From NCBI GenBank assembly GCA_963676395.1, contig OY781066.1, positions 1,632,001 through 1,696,000 on the forward strand: a DNA stretch of 64,000 bases. The letters run 5' to 3'. Of the stretch, positions 1 through 9,893 are shown one piece after another (within the stretch, counting starts at the first letter, position 1; each line of letters starts with the position of its first letter). The position numbers and the translations under genes were made by a program. This stretch comes from a bacterium. GTDB lineage: Bacteria > Fidelibacterota > Fidelibacteria > Fidelibacterales > Fidelibacteraceae. The notes below the pieces were generated by a model, which made no database searches, was not told the DNA's origin, and worked only from the letters and a program-made list of their open reading frames with translations.

Positions 1-54
1 TAGAGCACCGGCCTGTCACGCCGGAAGTTGCGAGTTCGACTCTCGTCAGTCCCG
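1..54 (+). tRNA. tRNA-Asp(GTC), 5' end cut by the window edge
   Basis: Anticodon arm CCGGC-CTGTCAC-GCCGG, T-arm GCGAG-TTCGACT-CTCGT, acceptor 3' strand CAGTCCC plus discriminator G. Confidence 0.92.
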
Positions 55-58
55 CATT

Positions 59-87
59 AAAACCGCCAATGGCGGTTTTTGCTTTTT
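59..87 (+). terminator. Rho-independent terminator after tRNA-Asp
   Basis: AAAACCGCC-AAT-GGCGGTTTTT hairpin followed by a T tract. Confidence 0.85.
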
Positions 88-326
88 CAGAAGAAAAAGC
101 TTGAGGGGGAGCGCTGAGAGGGGGAGAAAGGGGCCTTGTCCCGCGAACCAAACCCCACACTGCATCGTCATCCTGAAACGATGGCCGGAGGACATCGGGG
201 TTCAGGGTCTCTGCGAGCATTCGATTCTTCGTCATATTCAACTACTACAATATTTCCTACATATGAAGATATTTCTTTTATAAGTTGATGGGGCTTCGTA
301 TGTTTGACAAACTAAGGGAGTTGATC

Positions 327-1835
327 ATGTATACGCGTAGAATCGCCATTATCACGACTATTGTATTACTCTTTATTACACATGCCTTTGCATCAATTCT
401 TATCGAGAAGGGCAGTTACGGGGAAATATTCCCTGCCGAAAATGGGAACATGCATATTTTTATTAGAAATGATAATTCTTCCTACATTTTCTATTCTGGA
501 GGTAGAGTTGTTAAAGAAATACCCCTCGGAGTGAGTGATAGTACAATTATATTTGAAACGGCAAGTTCTGATGGAGTCGGTGGTGTTTATGTACTGTATA
601 ACAACACTGCAAATAAAACAATTTATGCTCAACGTTATAATTCTAGTGGAGAAGCGCTTTGGGATGCGCCGGGAAGCATTGTTTATACTTATCATTTTCC
701 AAGAGTCTCCTCATTTTCAGTATTGGGACCGGACAGTAGCTTTGTTGTGGTTTATGATGATTATTTTCCAATTTATGTTACACCTGAAGCATATCTCTGG
801 GCTATTTCACTTGATGGTGATGTCGTTCCTCACCCTGGTGGTAGATTTGAACACAGCTGGAATTTTGAGATGCATAGTGATCCATTTGAAGTTTATGTTA
901 AACAAGCATTAGCTTCCAATATAGTCCCAATCTATGATTTTGAATATGATCCATGGAATCCTGATACTTCAAAATTAGGTGTTTTGGAGTTTGATTGTGA
1001 TGGCAATGGTTATTTATATGCAATGCGAATGCCATTAGAATCACATTTAAAAAGAGAGCTCCAACGATATGATAAACAATCAAACCCCTTGTGGGAAAAC
1101 CCTATTGTGTATTATGTGGAGGAATTATATAAAGCTTCTTCAGATCCTGATTATGAACGTCCTGGGATTATTGCCAATAATGATGGAAGTGTTATAATTT
1201 ATCCAACAAAATATTCAGAAGGTTGGAATTTTACTCGTATTGATTCATCAAAAGAATACGTATATAGTGATTTAAATCTAATTGGAGAGAGTGATCGAGT
1301 TAACACAGCGTTATCTTGTTCAGATGGAACGAATTTATTCTTAATAGAAGAATGGGATACCGGTAATCTGTCTTTAATAAAAGTTTCAATTGATGGAAAC
1401 ATTGAATTCTCTACTATACTTAGAAATGGATTTTGTAGATATGCAAGCATTATTGAGAATAAAGACAGTACTTTTTCAACAATAATGATAACTAGTACTG
1501 ATTCGATATTTGTTGACAAAATTACCCATACCGGAGAGATTCTAGTAGATATAGATGAAATTGACAATCCAACTCAATTCACCCTCTCCCAAAACTATCC
1601 CAACCCCTTCAACCCTACCACAATAATCAGCTATGATCTACCCGAATCTCAAAACATTACCCTTGAGATCTACGACATAAAAGGCCGTTTAGTTGAAACG
1701 CTATTCAGCGGATACAAAGAGGCCGGGCATTGGGACGTCACCTGGGATGCGAGTGATCAAAGTTCAGGTGTATACATCTATCGATTACAGTATGGCGACA
1801 AACACATGTCAAAGAAAATGTTGTTGATCAAGTAA
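327..1835 (+). CDS. Secreted protein with T9SS type-A/FlgD-like C-terminal sorting domain; body possibly beta-propeller-like
   Basis: Signal peptide after ATG 327 (RBS AAGGGAG); C-terminal LSQNYPNPFNPTT...KKMLLIK motif. Confidence 0.85.
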   Translation: MYTRRIAIITTIVLLFITHAFASILIEKGSYGEIFPAENGNMHIFIRNDNSSYIFYSGGRVVKEIPLGVSDSTIIFETASSDGVGGVYVLYNNTANKTIYAQRYNSSGEALWDAPGSIVYTYHFPRVSSFSVLGPDSSFVVVYDDYFPIYVTPEAYLWAISLDGDVVPHPGGRFEHSWNFEMHSDPFEVYVKQALASNIVPIYDFEYDPWNPDTSKLGVLEFDCDGNGYLYAMRMPLESHLKRELQRYDKQSNPLWENPIVYYVEELYKASSDPDYERPGIIANNDGSVIIYPTKYSEGWNFTRIDSSKEYVYSDLNLIGESDRVNTALSCSDGTNLFLIEEWDTGNLSLIKVSIDGNIEFSTILRNGFCRYASIIENKDSTFSTIMITSTDSIFVDKITHTGEILVDIDEIDNPTQFTLSQNYPNPFNPTTIISYDLPESQNITLEIYDIKGRLVETLFSGYKEAGHWDVTWDASDQSSGVYIYRLQYGDKHMSKKMLLIK

Positions 1836-1888
1836 TTTTGACTCGGATCACCAAAAGAGTTCGGTGTGGCACCCGTTCTCTCCGCAGT

Positions 1889-1916
1889 AAAACCGCCATT
1901 GGCGGTTTTTGTTTTT
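1889..1916 (+). terminator. Terminator, near copy of the tRNA-Asp terminator
   Basis: AAAACCGCC-ATT-GGCGGTTTTT. Confidence 0.8.
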
Positions 1917-2099
1917 GTACCCAAAAAACTTGAGGGCGAGGGAGAAAAAAGGAACCGGATTCGTGATCCCAACTCTAAGCAGCCATTGACGAATTTCCGT
2001 TTGATAGTAGAACTAATACTTTTTAGCTTTTGAAAACTTGTGTATCTTTTGATTGCTATTATTGGTTTATGTTTTTGTTAAAGATTGGATAGGGTTGAT

Positions 2100-3449
2100 A
2101 TGATCAAAAATCGAAGAATCATGTTTATTACCATACTATGCATGGCAATAAGTACAACTCTTTGGGGTGAAAGCGAAAAATATGTCGGGATTTTTTACGC
2201 CTGCTGGGCAAATGAGTGTTTAAATACCACATACGGTAATGATGTATACATTATGGGAGAAACGCCTTACAGTCCATCTCCGGCTTGGAATTGGTGGGGG
2301 AAACCCCTGTACGCAGCTATGCATGGTGATCGCTCAATCAAGAATAATTATAAGATGTATTTTGATTCACCCAGTAATCCTAATAATGATTTGATCGATT
2401 GGCATGCCGAATTGCTTGATTCAGCCGGTGTCGATTATATCACACTGGATCTTACTAATGGAACCCAGACCAGGATCGTGAATGGTGCAAAGGCCATATG
2501 CAAGCGCTATCAGGAAAGAATGGCTCAAAACATGTCGACACCGCAGATCGTTTTCTGGGTGCAGGACAGCGTTTGCCTGCATACCGTGGAATCTGAAATA
2601 TTCGATGTGTACGACAATGATATCTTTTTTGAATATTTGGGTAAAAAACTGGTGAATGTCGCCGGTGGCAACGTCCAGCCTGCTATACCCAATGTGGGGA
2701 TCTTCAGTCGATATACCTGCCGCCGGATGTGGGGACTGAACACCTCGGGCAATTTCTGGCAGTTCAAGGTCAATACGGCCACCCCGCCGCCACCCTTCAT
2801 GTATAATGGTATGCCGGAACAAATGTGCGCTCCGGTAGCAACACAGGCAACTTATATGACCACGGATGGTATCAATCCTTATACCGGTGCCGTAGGTCGC
2901 CAGAATGGGGCATACTTCATCAAATATATGGATGCTGCAATTGCGGCCGATGTTAAATTTGTATTCATTCACTCGTGGAACGAGTGGTGTGCCCAGAACT
3001 TCGGTACGCAAAGTACCCCAGTTCTCACGGACCTTTGGAAAGAAGAATACAGCGCCGATATTGAACCGATGGACGGCGGACACGGCTGGCAATATTACAA
3101 TTTGATGTGCAAAAAGATCGCTGAATTTAAAAACGCATCAGTTGATATACATGAAGTATCTCAAATCGTAAATAAATTTCATATTAAACAAAATTACCCC
3201 AACCCCTTCAATCCAAGAACAGCTATCAGCTATGAGCTGTCAGTTATTAGCAATGTGGAGTTAGCAATCTATGATCTTGCAGGACAGAGAATAAAACAAT
3301 GGTCCTATCAAAATCAAGCTGCCGGTACTTACGAGCTCACCTGGAACGGCAAAAACCAGAACGGCAATCCGGTGTCAAGCGGTGTGTATATCTACCGCAT
3401 GGTGGCTGGTGACTTTGCTCAAAGCAAGAAGATGCTTCTGCTGAAATAA
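2100..3449 (+). CDS. Secreted glycoside hydrolase-like protein (GH99/GH71-like TIM barrel) with T9SS/FlgD C-terminal domain
   Basis: VGIFY..W, HAELL..AGVD, SWNEW and S.DIEP motifs; C-terminal QNYPNPFNP...KKMLLLK. Confidence 0.75.
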   Translation: MIKNRRIMFITILCMAISTTLWGESEKYVGIFYACWANECLNTTYGNDVYIMGETPYSPSPAWNWWGKPLYAAMHGDRSIKNNYKMYFDSPSNPNNDLIDWHAELLDSAGVDYITLDLTNGTQTRIVNGAKAICKRYQERMAQNMSTPQIVFWVQDSVCLHTVESEIFDVYDNDIFFEYLGKKLVNVAGGNVQPAIPNVGIFSRYTCRRMWGLNTSGNFWQFKVNTATPPPPFMYNGMPEQMCAPVATQATYMTTDGINPYTGAVGRQNGAYFIKYMDAAIAADVKFVFIHSWNEWCAQNFGTQSTPVLTDLWKEEYSADIEPMDGGHGWQYYNLMCKKIAEFKNASVDIHEVSQIVNKFHIKQNYPNPFNPRTAISYELSVISNVELAIYDLAGQRIKQWSYQNQAAGTYELTWNGKNQNGNPVSSGVYIYRMVAGDFAQSKKMLLLK

Positions 3450-3569
3450 ATCACTTCCACTCAATTATAAACCTGAACGTACAAGGTGTTCTAAAAGACA
3501 TTCGCCTTCTTTTCGCAGCCCATCGGTTGACGGAATGTGTATTATTGGCGAAGAAGGGTCAATTTCGGT

Positions 3570-4010
3570 TTATTTATCAAGATGCCCTATAAGTCTCTTT
3601 AAGAGATCCTTTAGTTGTTCGATTTCTTCAACAGATAATACGTCCGGTATAAGGCCTTTGGAGAGCTTGACGGGTATTTCCGCGGCTTTTTTTTCTAATG
3701 CTCGTCCGGCCTTGCTAAGACGTACGTCCACGCGTCGTTCATCATTTTTGCTGCGTTCCCGGATCAGGAGTCCCTGGGCTTCCATGCGTTTCAGCAGAGG
3801 CGTTACCGTGTTGGTGTTCAGTAATAGTTTTTTAGAGATCGCATTGACGCTCATGCTGACATGTTCCCAAAGTACCATCAGAACAAGATATTGCGGATAG
3901 GTGATGCCCAGTTCGTCCAAATAGGGTTTGTAGCGACGAACAATTAGATGAGAACTGGCGTAAAGTGGAAAGCAGAGTTGATTTTCAAGTTTGAGCTGAT
4001 CGTAAGGCAT
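3570..4010 (-). CDS. ohrR: MarR-family organic hydroperoxide regulator OhrR
   Basis: LENQLCFPLYA and GITYPQYLVLMVLWE motifs; operon with ohr. Confidence 0.88.
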   Translation of the reverse strand: MPYDQLKLENQLCFPLYASSHLIVRRYKPYLDELGITYPQYLVLMVLWEHVSMSVNAISKKLLLNTNTVTPLLKRMEAQGLLIRERSKNDERRVDVRLSKAGRALEKKAAEIPVKLSKGLIPDVLSVEEIEQLKDLLKRLIGHLDK

Positions 4011-4023
4011 GGTATCTCCGCGA

Positions 4024-4497
4024 TTATAGGATTTTATGTTTGATCAAAAACTTCTCGATCTTTTCCGGCTTTGTTATGGGTGAAAAACGTTTAATCACCT
4101 CTCCATTTTTATCGACAAGAAACTTAGTGAAATTCCACTTAATGTCGCCACCTTTTTCTTTTTTCAAGAATTGATAAAGTGGGTGCGTTTCTGATCCGTT
4201 GACATCAATTTTTGCAAACATCGGAAAGGTAACACCGTAGTTTAGCACACAGCCTTCTGCAATGCTTTTCTCGTCGCCGGGTTCCTGGTCGGCGAACTGA
4301 TTACAGGGGAAACCCAAGATAACCAAGCCTTTGCCTTTGTGCTTTTCGTTGAGTGTTTCCAATCCGGCAAATTGCGGTGTAAACCCGCATTTACTGGCCG
4401 TATTGACGATCAACAGGGTTTTACCTTTGTAATCGGCAAGATCAATATCCTTGCCCTGCAGGGTTGTTGCGCCTATATCATAGATTGACTGTTTCAT
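4024..4497 (-). CDS. Glutathione peroxidase (Cys type)
   Basis: [20 protein letters not shown] and [11 protein letters not shown] motifs. Confidence 0.95.
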   Translation of the reverse strand: MKQSIYDIGATTLQGKDIDLADYKGKTLLIVNTASKCGFTPQFAGLETLNEKHKGKGLVILGFPCNQFADQEPGDEKSIAEGCVLNYGVTFPMFAKIDVNGSETHPLYQFLKKEKGGDIKWNFTKFLVDKNGEVIKRFSPITKPEKIEKFLIKHKIL

Positions 4498-4922
4498 TAT
4501 GCATTCCTTATAAGATTAGTTTCAACGGGGACATTCCCTTCGATTCCTTTTGAATAGGGACAGGTTTGATGAGCCTTTTCGATGAGCTCTAAGGCGGTTG
4601 TTTCCTCCACACCGGGTAATTCCACATCCAGTTTTACCGACAGATTAAAATTGCCTTCACCGCCGAAATCAAAATTGACATGAGCGGTAATGCTGCTTCC
4701 TTTGAGTTCAAGGCCCAACTTCTTTGCCACAAAGCTCAATGCTCCGTCAAAGCAGGCGGCATACCCGGCCGCGAACAACTGCTCGGGATTGGTGTAAAAT
4801 CCACCGCTTCCTCCCATTTTCTTAGGTGTGTGTGTTTCAAGATTCAATACACCGTCGTGGCTTTTTACTTCTCCGTTCCGTCCGCCTCTTGCTGTTACGT
4901 GAGCTGTATATAAAGTCTTCAT
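4497..4922 (-). CDS. ohr: Organic hydroperoxide resistance protein Ohr
   Basis: [18 protein letters not shown] and AHQTCPYSK motifs; start MKTLY at 4922. Confidence 0.95.
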   Translation of the reverse strand: MKTLYTAHVTARGGRNGEVKSHDGVLNLETHTPKKMGGSGGFYTNPEQLFAAGYAACFDGALSFVAKKLGLELKGSSITAHVNFDFGGEGNFNLSVKLDVELPGVEETTALELIEKAHQTCPYSKGIEGNVPVETNLIRNA

Positions 4923-4945
4923 GTTAATCCTTTCGTTTGCGATTG

Positions 4946-4996
4946 TATCGTGAACGATATAATAATACAACAAACATATTTATATCGCAAGCGATA
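4946..4996. promoter_or_regulatory. Two palindromes TATCG-N4-CGATA, candidate OhrR operators
   Basis: TATCGTGAACGATA (4946-4959) and TATCGCAAGCGATA (4983-4996) immediately upstream of ohr. Confidence 0.55.
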
Positions 4997-5154
4997 GTTT
5001 AAAAAAATGAAACCAGGAGTCAGAAGATGGAATGCCGAAGAGTGAAGTAGAGAGTAATTTATGGGCTTATGATCTAAAAGTGGTTTGCTTTATACTGGGG
5101 TTTTATTATTTTTATGAAAATATTTTAGAAGGATATGGGGTTATTTATATTGAC

Positions 5155-5928
5155 TTGAGATCAAAATACGGTTCATGGGCACTGGTTGCCGGAGCGTCGG
5201 AAGGATTAGGCGCCGCATATGCGGAAGCCTTGGCGCATTGCGGTTTGAATTTGATCCTGGTCGCCCGACGGGAACAAAAACTCCGGGAATTGGCGGCTTC
5301 TCTCAATAAAAAATATAAAGTAGAGGTTTTGACCCATGCGTTGGATCTGGCGGATATTGCATCTGTGACCGAAGCGCTGGAAAAGGACTCACTTGAGATC
5401 GGTGTGCTTGTTTATAATGCCGCCTATGCGCCGATTGGATCCTTTAGTCAGATTGATCCCGAAAAACTGGAGATGGTGGTCGACGTTAATGTCAAGGGAC
5501 CGTTGCTCTTGAGCAAATACATATCAGCTCAAATGATCAAACGCCAGCGAGGCGCCATCATTTTGATGTCGTCCCTTGCAAGGAACCCAGGGCAGTCCCA
5601 AATTGGCCGCCTACGCTGCCTCAAAGGCCTTTAACGCCATCCTGGCAGAAGGATTGTGGGGCGGGAATTACGATCGCAGGGCATTGATGTTCTGGCCTCT
5701 GTGGCAGGAGCCATCAGAACACCCGGATATGAAGCAGCACAAGGGAAAAGCGCACCTGGAACCTTAGATGCGGACATGGTTGTCAAAAAAACACTGAAAG
5801 CGCTGGGCAAACGGCCGGTGACGGTTCCGGGACTGACAAACAAGATCGCCCATTTTCTGATGGGGCGCTTGCTCCCCCGAAAATATGCTATCGCGATGAT
5901 GAAAAAGAATACGGAGAGTTTATCATGA
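5155..5928 (+). pseudogene. SDR-family oxidoreductase (17-beta-HSD/3-ketoacyl reductase-like) broken by two frameshifts, possibly sequencing errors
   Basis: KYGSWALVAGASEGLG and YNAA in one frame, YAASK catalytic motif in a second frame (5576-5660), C-terminus back in the first frame; start uncertain. Confidence 0.8.
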
Positions 5929-7004
5929 AAACACAGGTAATGGGATTTCTTACACCCTGGGTCATTTATATTGTGATCACTTTATTGCATCTTGTCTTAC
6001 CTGGAAAATGGGTGAATGGCTATGTGAAAGATGAAAATACAGGTGAGGTCCTGAACTATCGACTAAACGGACTTTTAGTACTGATTACAAGTATTTTGAT
6101 TTGGTTTGTACTTGGGTATCTTGGTTGGGTACCATATGACTGGTTGTACACCGTACGTTGGGCGAGTCTGACCGGTGCAATAAGCATCGGTGTGATCTTC
6201 TCTTTGATTATCGTTCTGACCCAACCCTCCACAGGCAAATCGTTATTGGCGGATCTGTTCCTCGGTCGCTTAAAAAACCCCCAGACCCCCAAGGGCCGTA
6301 TCGATGCAAAAATGTGGCTGTACCTGATCGGTGCGGTCATGCTGCAATTGAACGTCTTGAGTTTTACGGCACATCATTACCTGTCTGCCGAATCATTGAA
6401 TCCCGGTGTATTTCTTTGTGCCGGCTTATTAACCTATTTTATTTGGGATTATTTGACATTTGAGAGAGTACATCTTTACACCTATGATTTTATTGCTGAA
6501 CGGGTGGGTCTTAAGTTGGGTTTCGGCTGCCTGACCTTTTATCCCTATTTTTATTCAGTAGCGCTTTGGACTACGGTTGATCTACCGGATTCCGGATTAT
6601 CTACCTGGGTCTATGTAATTTTTGGATTTATTTTTCTCTGTGGCTGGATGCTGGCAAGAGGTGTGAATATGCAAAAATATGTTTTTAAAACACAACCCGA
6701 TAGTAAATTTCTATGGATTGAACCCGGTATTATGACAGATGGAGAAAAAACTATACTGGTGAACGGTTGGTGGGGACTGAGCCGTCATGTTAATTATTTG
6801 GGTGAAGTGCTCATGGGTGTCGGGATTGCGCTGGCCGCGGGTTATCCGGGTGTTTGGTGGGTTTGGTTATACCCGCTGTATTATATCGCGCTACTATTTC
6901 CTCGGCAGCATGCCGACGATAAGATCTGTCATGCGAAATACGGAAAACTCTGGGAAGATTATATGGAAAAAGTACCTAGGCGTATTATTCCATTTATTTA
7001 TTGA
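5925..7004 (+). CDS. ERG4/ERG24-family membrane sterol reductase-like protein
   Basis: Multi-TM; YRLNGL, LYTYDFIAERVG, GWWGLSRHVNYLGE and R...DD..C..KYGKLW motifs. Confidence 0.85.
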   Translation: MKTQVMGFLTPWVIYIVITLLHLVLPGKWVNGYVKDENTGEVLNYRLNGLLVLITSILIWFVLGYLGWVPYDWLYTVRWASLTGAISIGVIFSLIIVLTQPSTGKSLLADLFLGRLKNPQTPKGRIDAKMWLYLIGAVMLQLNVLSFTAHHYLSAESLNPGVFLCAGLLTYFIWDYLTFERVHLYTYDFIAERVGLKLGFGCLTFYPYFYSVALWTTVDLPDSGLSTWVYVIFGFIFLCGWMLARGVNMQKYVFKTQPDSKFLWIEPGIMTDGEKTILVNGWWGLSRHVNYLGEVLMGVGIALAAGYPGVWWVWLYPLYYIALLFPRQHADDKICHAKYGKLWEDYMEKVPRRIIPFIY

Positions 7005-7007
7005 TCG

Positions 7008-7412
7008 CTATTTAAAAATCAGTTTTTTTCTTGCTTCCCATGTGATCAAAGAATCATTTTCATCCAAAGCATATCCTTGCATACCAATGATCGGGGGCAA
7101 TATGGCCTTTGATCGGGTATCTTCATTGACAGAGTACCGGATACCGGGTTCACAGGTTTGGGACATATACCAATGCATAGAACCCGTACGGCCATCTCGG
7201 TAATCTATACCCCAACCGCCAACCTTACAGGTGTCTTCCGTTATATAAAAGTCAAATTCAACATGACACCCGGTCAGCGTATTATGATAAAAAGCATTTT
7301 CAATGACCAATCGTTGAATGCCGTCGGAGATGATTTCATCATTTTCTTCTGGACTGAAGCAGGATGTAAGTAGCATGACCAAAAGGATTAATAAAGTCCA
7401 TGATTTCATCAT
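7008..7412 (-). CDS. Hypothetical lipoprotein
   Basis: Lipobox LLTSC; overlaps the upstream lipoprotein gene by 4 nt. Confidence 0.7.
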   Translation of the reverse strand: MMKSWTLLILLVMLLTSCFSPEENDEIISDGIQRLVIENAFYHNTLTGCHVEFDFYITEDTCKVGGWGIDYRDGRTGSMHWYMSQTCEPGIRYSVNEDTRSKAILPPIIGMQGYALDENDSLITWEARKKLIFK

Positions 7413-8311
7413 TTCACCCCTTTTTCAAAGAGATTTCCTTGTCTTAGCCAGAGCCTATAAGCGCGGGCGTCATTACCTGTATTAAAGTCGTAGAAATAGA
7501 TGTTTCTATATCCATTATTCAAGGTTTCTTTCAGCCAACGATAATCGTCTTCGAAAATTCCAAGCCCCACGCTTTCGATCTTTTCAAGCGATGGTTCAAA
7601 AGGCCATGAGATCACCGATGTAGGAGAATAAACTCTGATCGTATTGTTGCTTGGAGTAGAGATGCTATAGATCGTATCATTCTCAAAATATTGATAATGC
7701 TCGATCTTGCTTACATGATGCCTGACATAATCATAGACCTCGCTACTAACGGTAATGGTGGAATCGCAAAGATCTGATAATACAAACTGATTAGAGTAAG
7801 GCCATCTCACCATTGGATTATTTCGGACCACAGTAACATAACCGGAGTCAATATCCATATCTAGCGTGGCTCGGTAGTTCATAATAGCCTCAACGACATT
7901 TGTAAAACGCCGTTTCCAGCTACCGATCGCATGTTGCATTGCATGTCCGTTGGTTGTTACGGTTAGGGTATCGGCGTTGGATGCATAGGTGATAGAAAAA
8001 TAATAATCGTCCCAGACAGCCGTTGTATGATCGGGAGATAAACCGAGGAAATTATTTTTCATGATGGTTTGATAGATATCAAGCAGGTTTTCCTCATCGA
8101 TTTGGGTCTTATAACTGTAATGTTCATTACGGCAAATGACATCATGATTTTCAAAGATCTCAATTTTGTCACTCATACCCGCAAATCCCCCGTACTTATG
8201 ATATTTAAGGTAGAAAGGTTCGTTAACATCGGGTTGATCCCAAATACAGGATGTTAATAATAGTATCCCGATCATACCTAAAACGATAAGGAGCATTGGA
8301 GTCTTTTTCAT
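7409..8311 (-). CDS. Hypothetical lipoprotein
   Basis: Lipobox LLTSC; 300-aa ORF with RBS GAGG. Confidence 0.75.
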   Translation of the reverse strand: MKKTPMLLIVLGMIGILLLTSCIWDQPDVNEPFYLKYHKYGGFAGMSDKIEIFENHDVICRNEHYSYKTQIDEENLLDIYQTIMKNNFLGLSPDHTTAVWDDYYFSITYASNADTLTVTTNGHAMQHAIGSWKRRFTNVVEAIMNYRATLDMDIDSGYVTVVRNNPMVRWPYSNQFVLSDLCDSTITVSSEVYDYVRHHVSKIEHYQYFENDTIYSISTPSNNTIRVYSPTSVISWPFEPSLEKIESVGLGIFEDDYRWLKETLNNGYRNIYFYDFNTGNDARAYRLWLRQGNLFEKGVK

Positions 8312-8328
8312 ACATACCTCATGAATTA

Positions 8329-9729
8329 TTATTTAATAAAAGTCATTTTACCTATTGAGTAGTTATGATCATACGAGACCATATAAATATATGTTCCCGA
8401 AGGAAGAATCTTGCCGTTCAGGTCGCTTGCGTTCCAGAAAACATCATATGTTCCGGGACCATTCAACATCAATGGTTGTTGATCAACCAGACGTCCTGTG
8501 ATTGAATAGATCTTCAACCAGACGTTTTGATGGATATCTTTATCGACACTTATCGAAATGGTCGTACTGGGGTTGAAAGGATTTGGATAAGCTTTCAATT
8601 GAAATGTATTTGCCATGATCGGAGGATATGATACAATTGCTGTTTTTGAGGCGCGCTTTAGTGCCGTGATCCGGTCATAGGATTCATCGATGCGCTGTTC
8701 GGTGATCATGCCGGAATCGATCGCGGTCTTCACGACTTTGCATATCTGATTGACAATGGATTTTCCGTATTTTTCATTTCCGACATACAAGAGTATATCT
8801 ACTCCTGCGTTTATGGCCGCGTATACCGATTCGGTGAAACCGTAAATATTACGAATAGCTCCCATGTTCATGTCATCGGTAATGATCACACCATTAAAGC
8901 CTAGGCTATCACGTAGTATTCCTTCGAGTGTTGGTTTTGATAATGTTGCCGGGTACATACTGTCAATATTAGCATTAAATAGGTGAGCGGTCATTATCAT
9001 TCCGCTATAAGCCCTATCAATCATGTTGGTATATGGAATAAGTTCTTGTTTGGACCATGTTTTTGTTATGTCTGTAAATCCATCGTGTGAATCCCCCACG
9101 GCAGAGCCATGACCCGGAAAATGTTTTAATGCGCATACGATTTTATCTGCCTTCATTTCATCATAAAACCAATAAATATGATCACTGACGATTTCGGGAT
9201 CTGCAGAGAAACTACGACCGTAATGTCCAATAGCCGGTGAGCTTGGGTTAACATTTACATCGGCAACCGGTGCAAGATTGGTGTTAATACCGGCATTGTA
9301 CAGCCAACCTGCCATCAGAGCTGCTTCCGCCCGGGTGGAATCTTCATTATTGATGGTTCCAAGCGTAATAGCTTTTTCTGTGCGGGCATAGCCGTTGTTT
9401 TCATCCAATCGGGCCACAATACCACCTTCTTCGTCGGTTGCAATGAAGAGGGGCGTGTTTGCTGAGTCTTGCAAAGAAGCGGTCAAGTCGGCGATCTGTG
9501 CCGGGTTGTCTAGATTATAACCCATCAGGATCACGCCGCCAAGATTACGATGCCGGATATCATAGTACAAAGTATCCTCAAACTCCGAACCCGGAATAAA
9601 GCCGGTCATCACCATTTGACCGATTTTATAGCTTAAAGAATCTATGGCAAGAAGTTTGCAGGGGGTTAGAATCAGTGTATGTAGCAGGAAAAATAAAGAT
9701 AGTATACGCTTTATATGTGTTCTTTGCAT
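8329..9729 (-). CDS. GH3 beta-N-acetylhexosaminidase (NagZ-like) with T9SS/FlgD C-terminal domain
   Basis: DEEGG, LKHFPGHG..GDSH and TDDMNMGAI motifs; C-terminal AYPNPFNP. Confidence 0.9.
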   Translation of the reverse strand: MQRTHIKRILSLFFLLHTLILTPCKLLAIDSLSYKIGQMVMTGFIPGSEFEDTLYYDIRHRNLGGVILMGYNLDNPAQIADLTASLQDSANTPLFIATDEEGGIVARLDENNGYARTEKAITLGTINNEDSTRAEAALMAGWLYNAGINTNLAPVADVNVNPSSPAIGHYGRSFSADPEIVSDHIYWFYDEMKADKIVCALKHFPGHGSAVGDSHDGFTDITKTWSKQELIPYTNMIDRAYSGMIMTAHLFNANIDSMYPATLSKPTLEGILRDSLGFNGVIITDDMNMGAIRNIYGFTESVYAAINAGVDILLYVGNEKYGKSIVNQICKVVKTAIDSGMITEQRIDESYDRITALKRASKTAIVSYPPIMANTFQLKAYPNPFNPSTTISISVDKDIHQNVWLKIYSITGRLVDQQPLMLNGPGTYDVFWNASDLNGKILPSGTYIYMVSYDHNYSIGKMTFIK

Positions 9730-9893
9730 TGTCTATTTCCAATAAATTTATAAATAGCAGATGATGTAAATATGGGTAAAAGACAAAGGAATTGCAAAGT
9801 AATAATTTAAAGATTATAACTTAGGGGAATGAAAAACCGAGGATTTCTCCATTTCCTTGTTAGAATATGAAATCGTTTTTTGAGATCTGTTTA

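Noticed and set aside
4024..4497. Selenocysteine glutathione peroxidase
   Set aside because: The active-site codon is TGC (Cys) and there is no in-frame TGA.
327..9729. Diversity-generating retroelement acting on the CTD genes
   Set aside because: No reverse transcriptase and no adenine-specific template/variable repeat pair seen.
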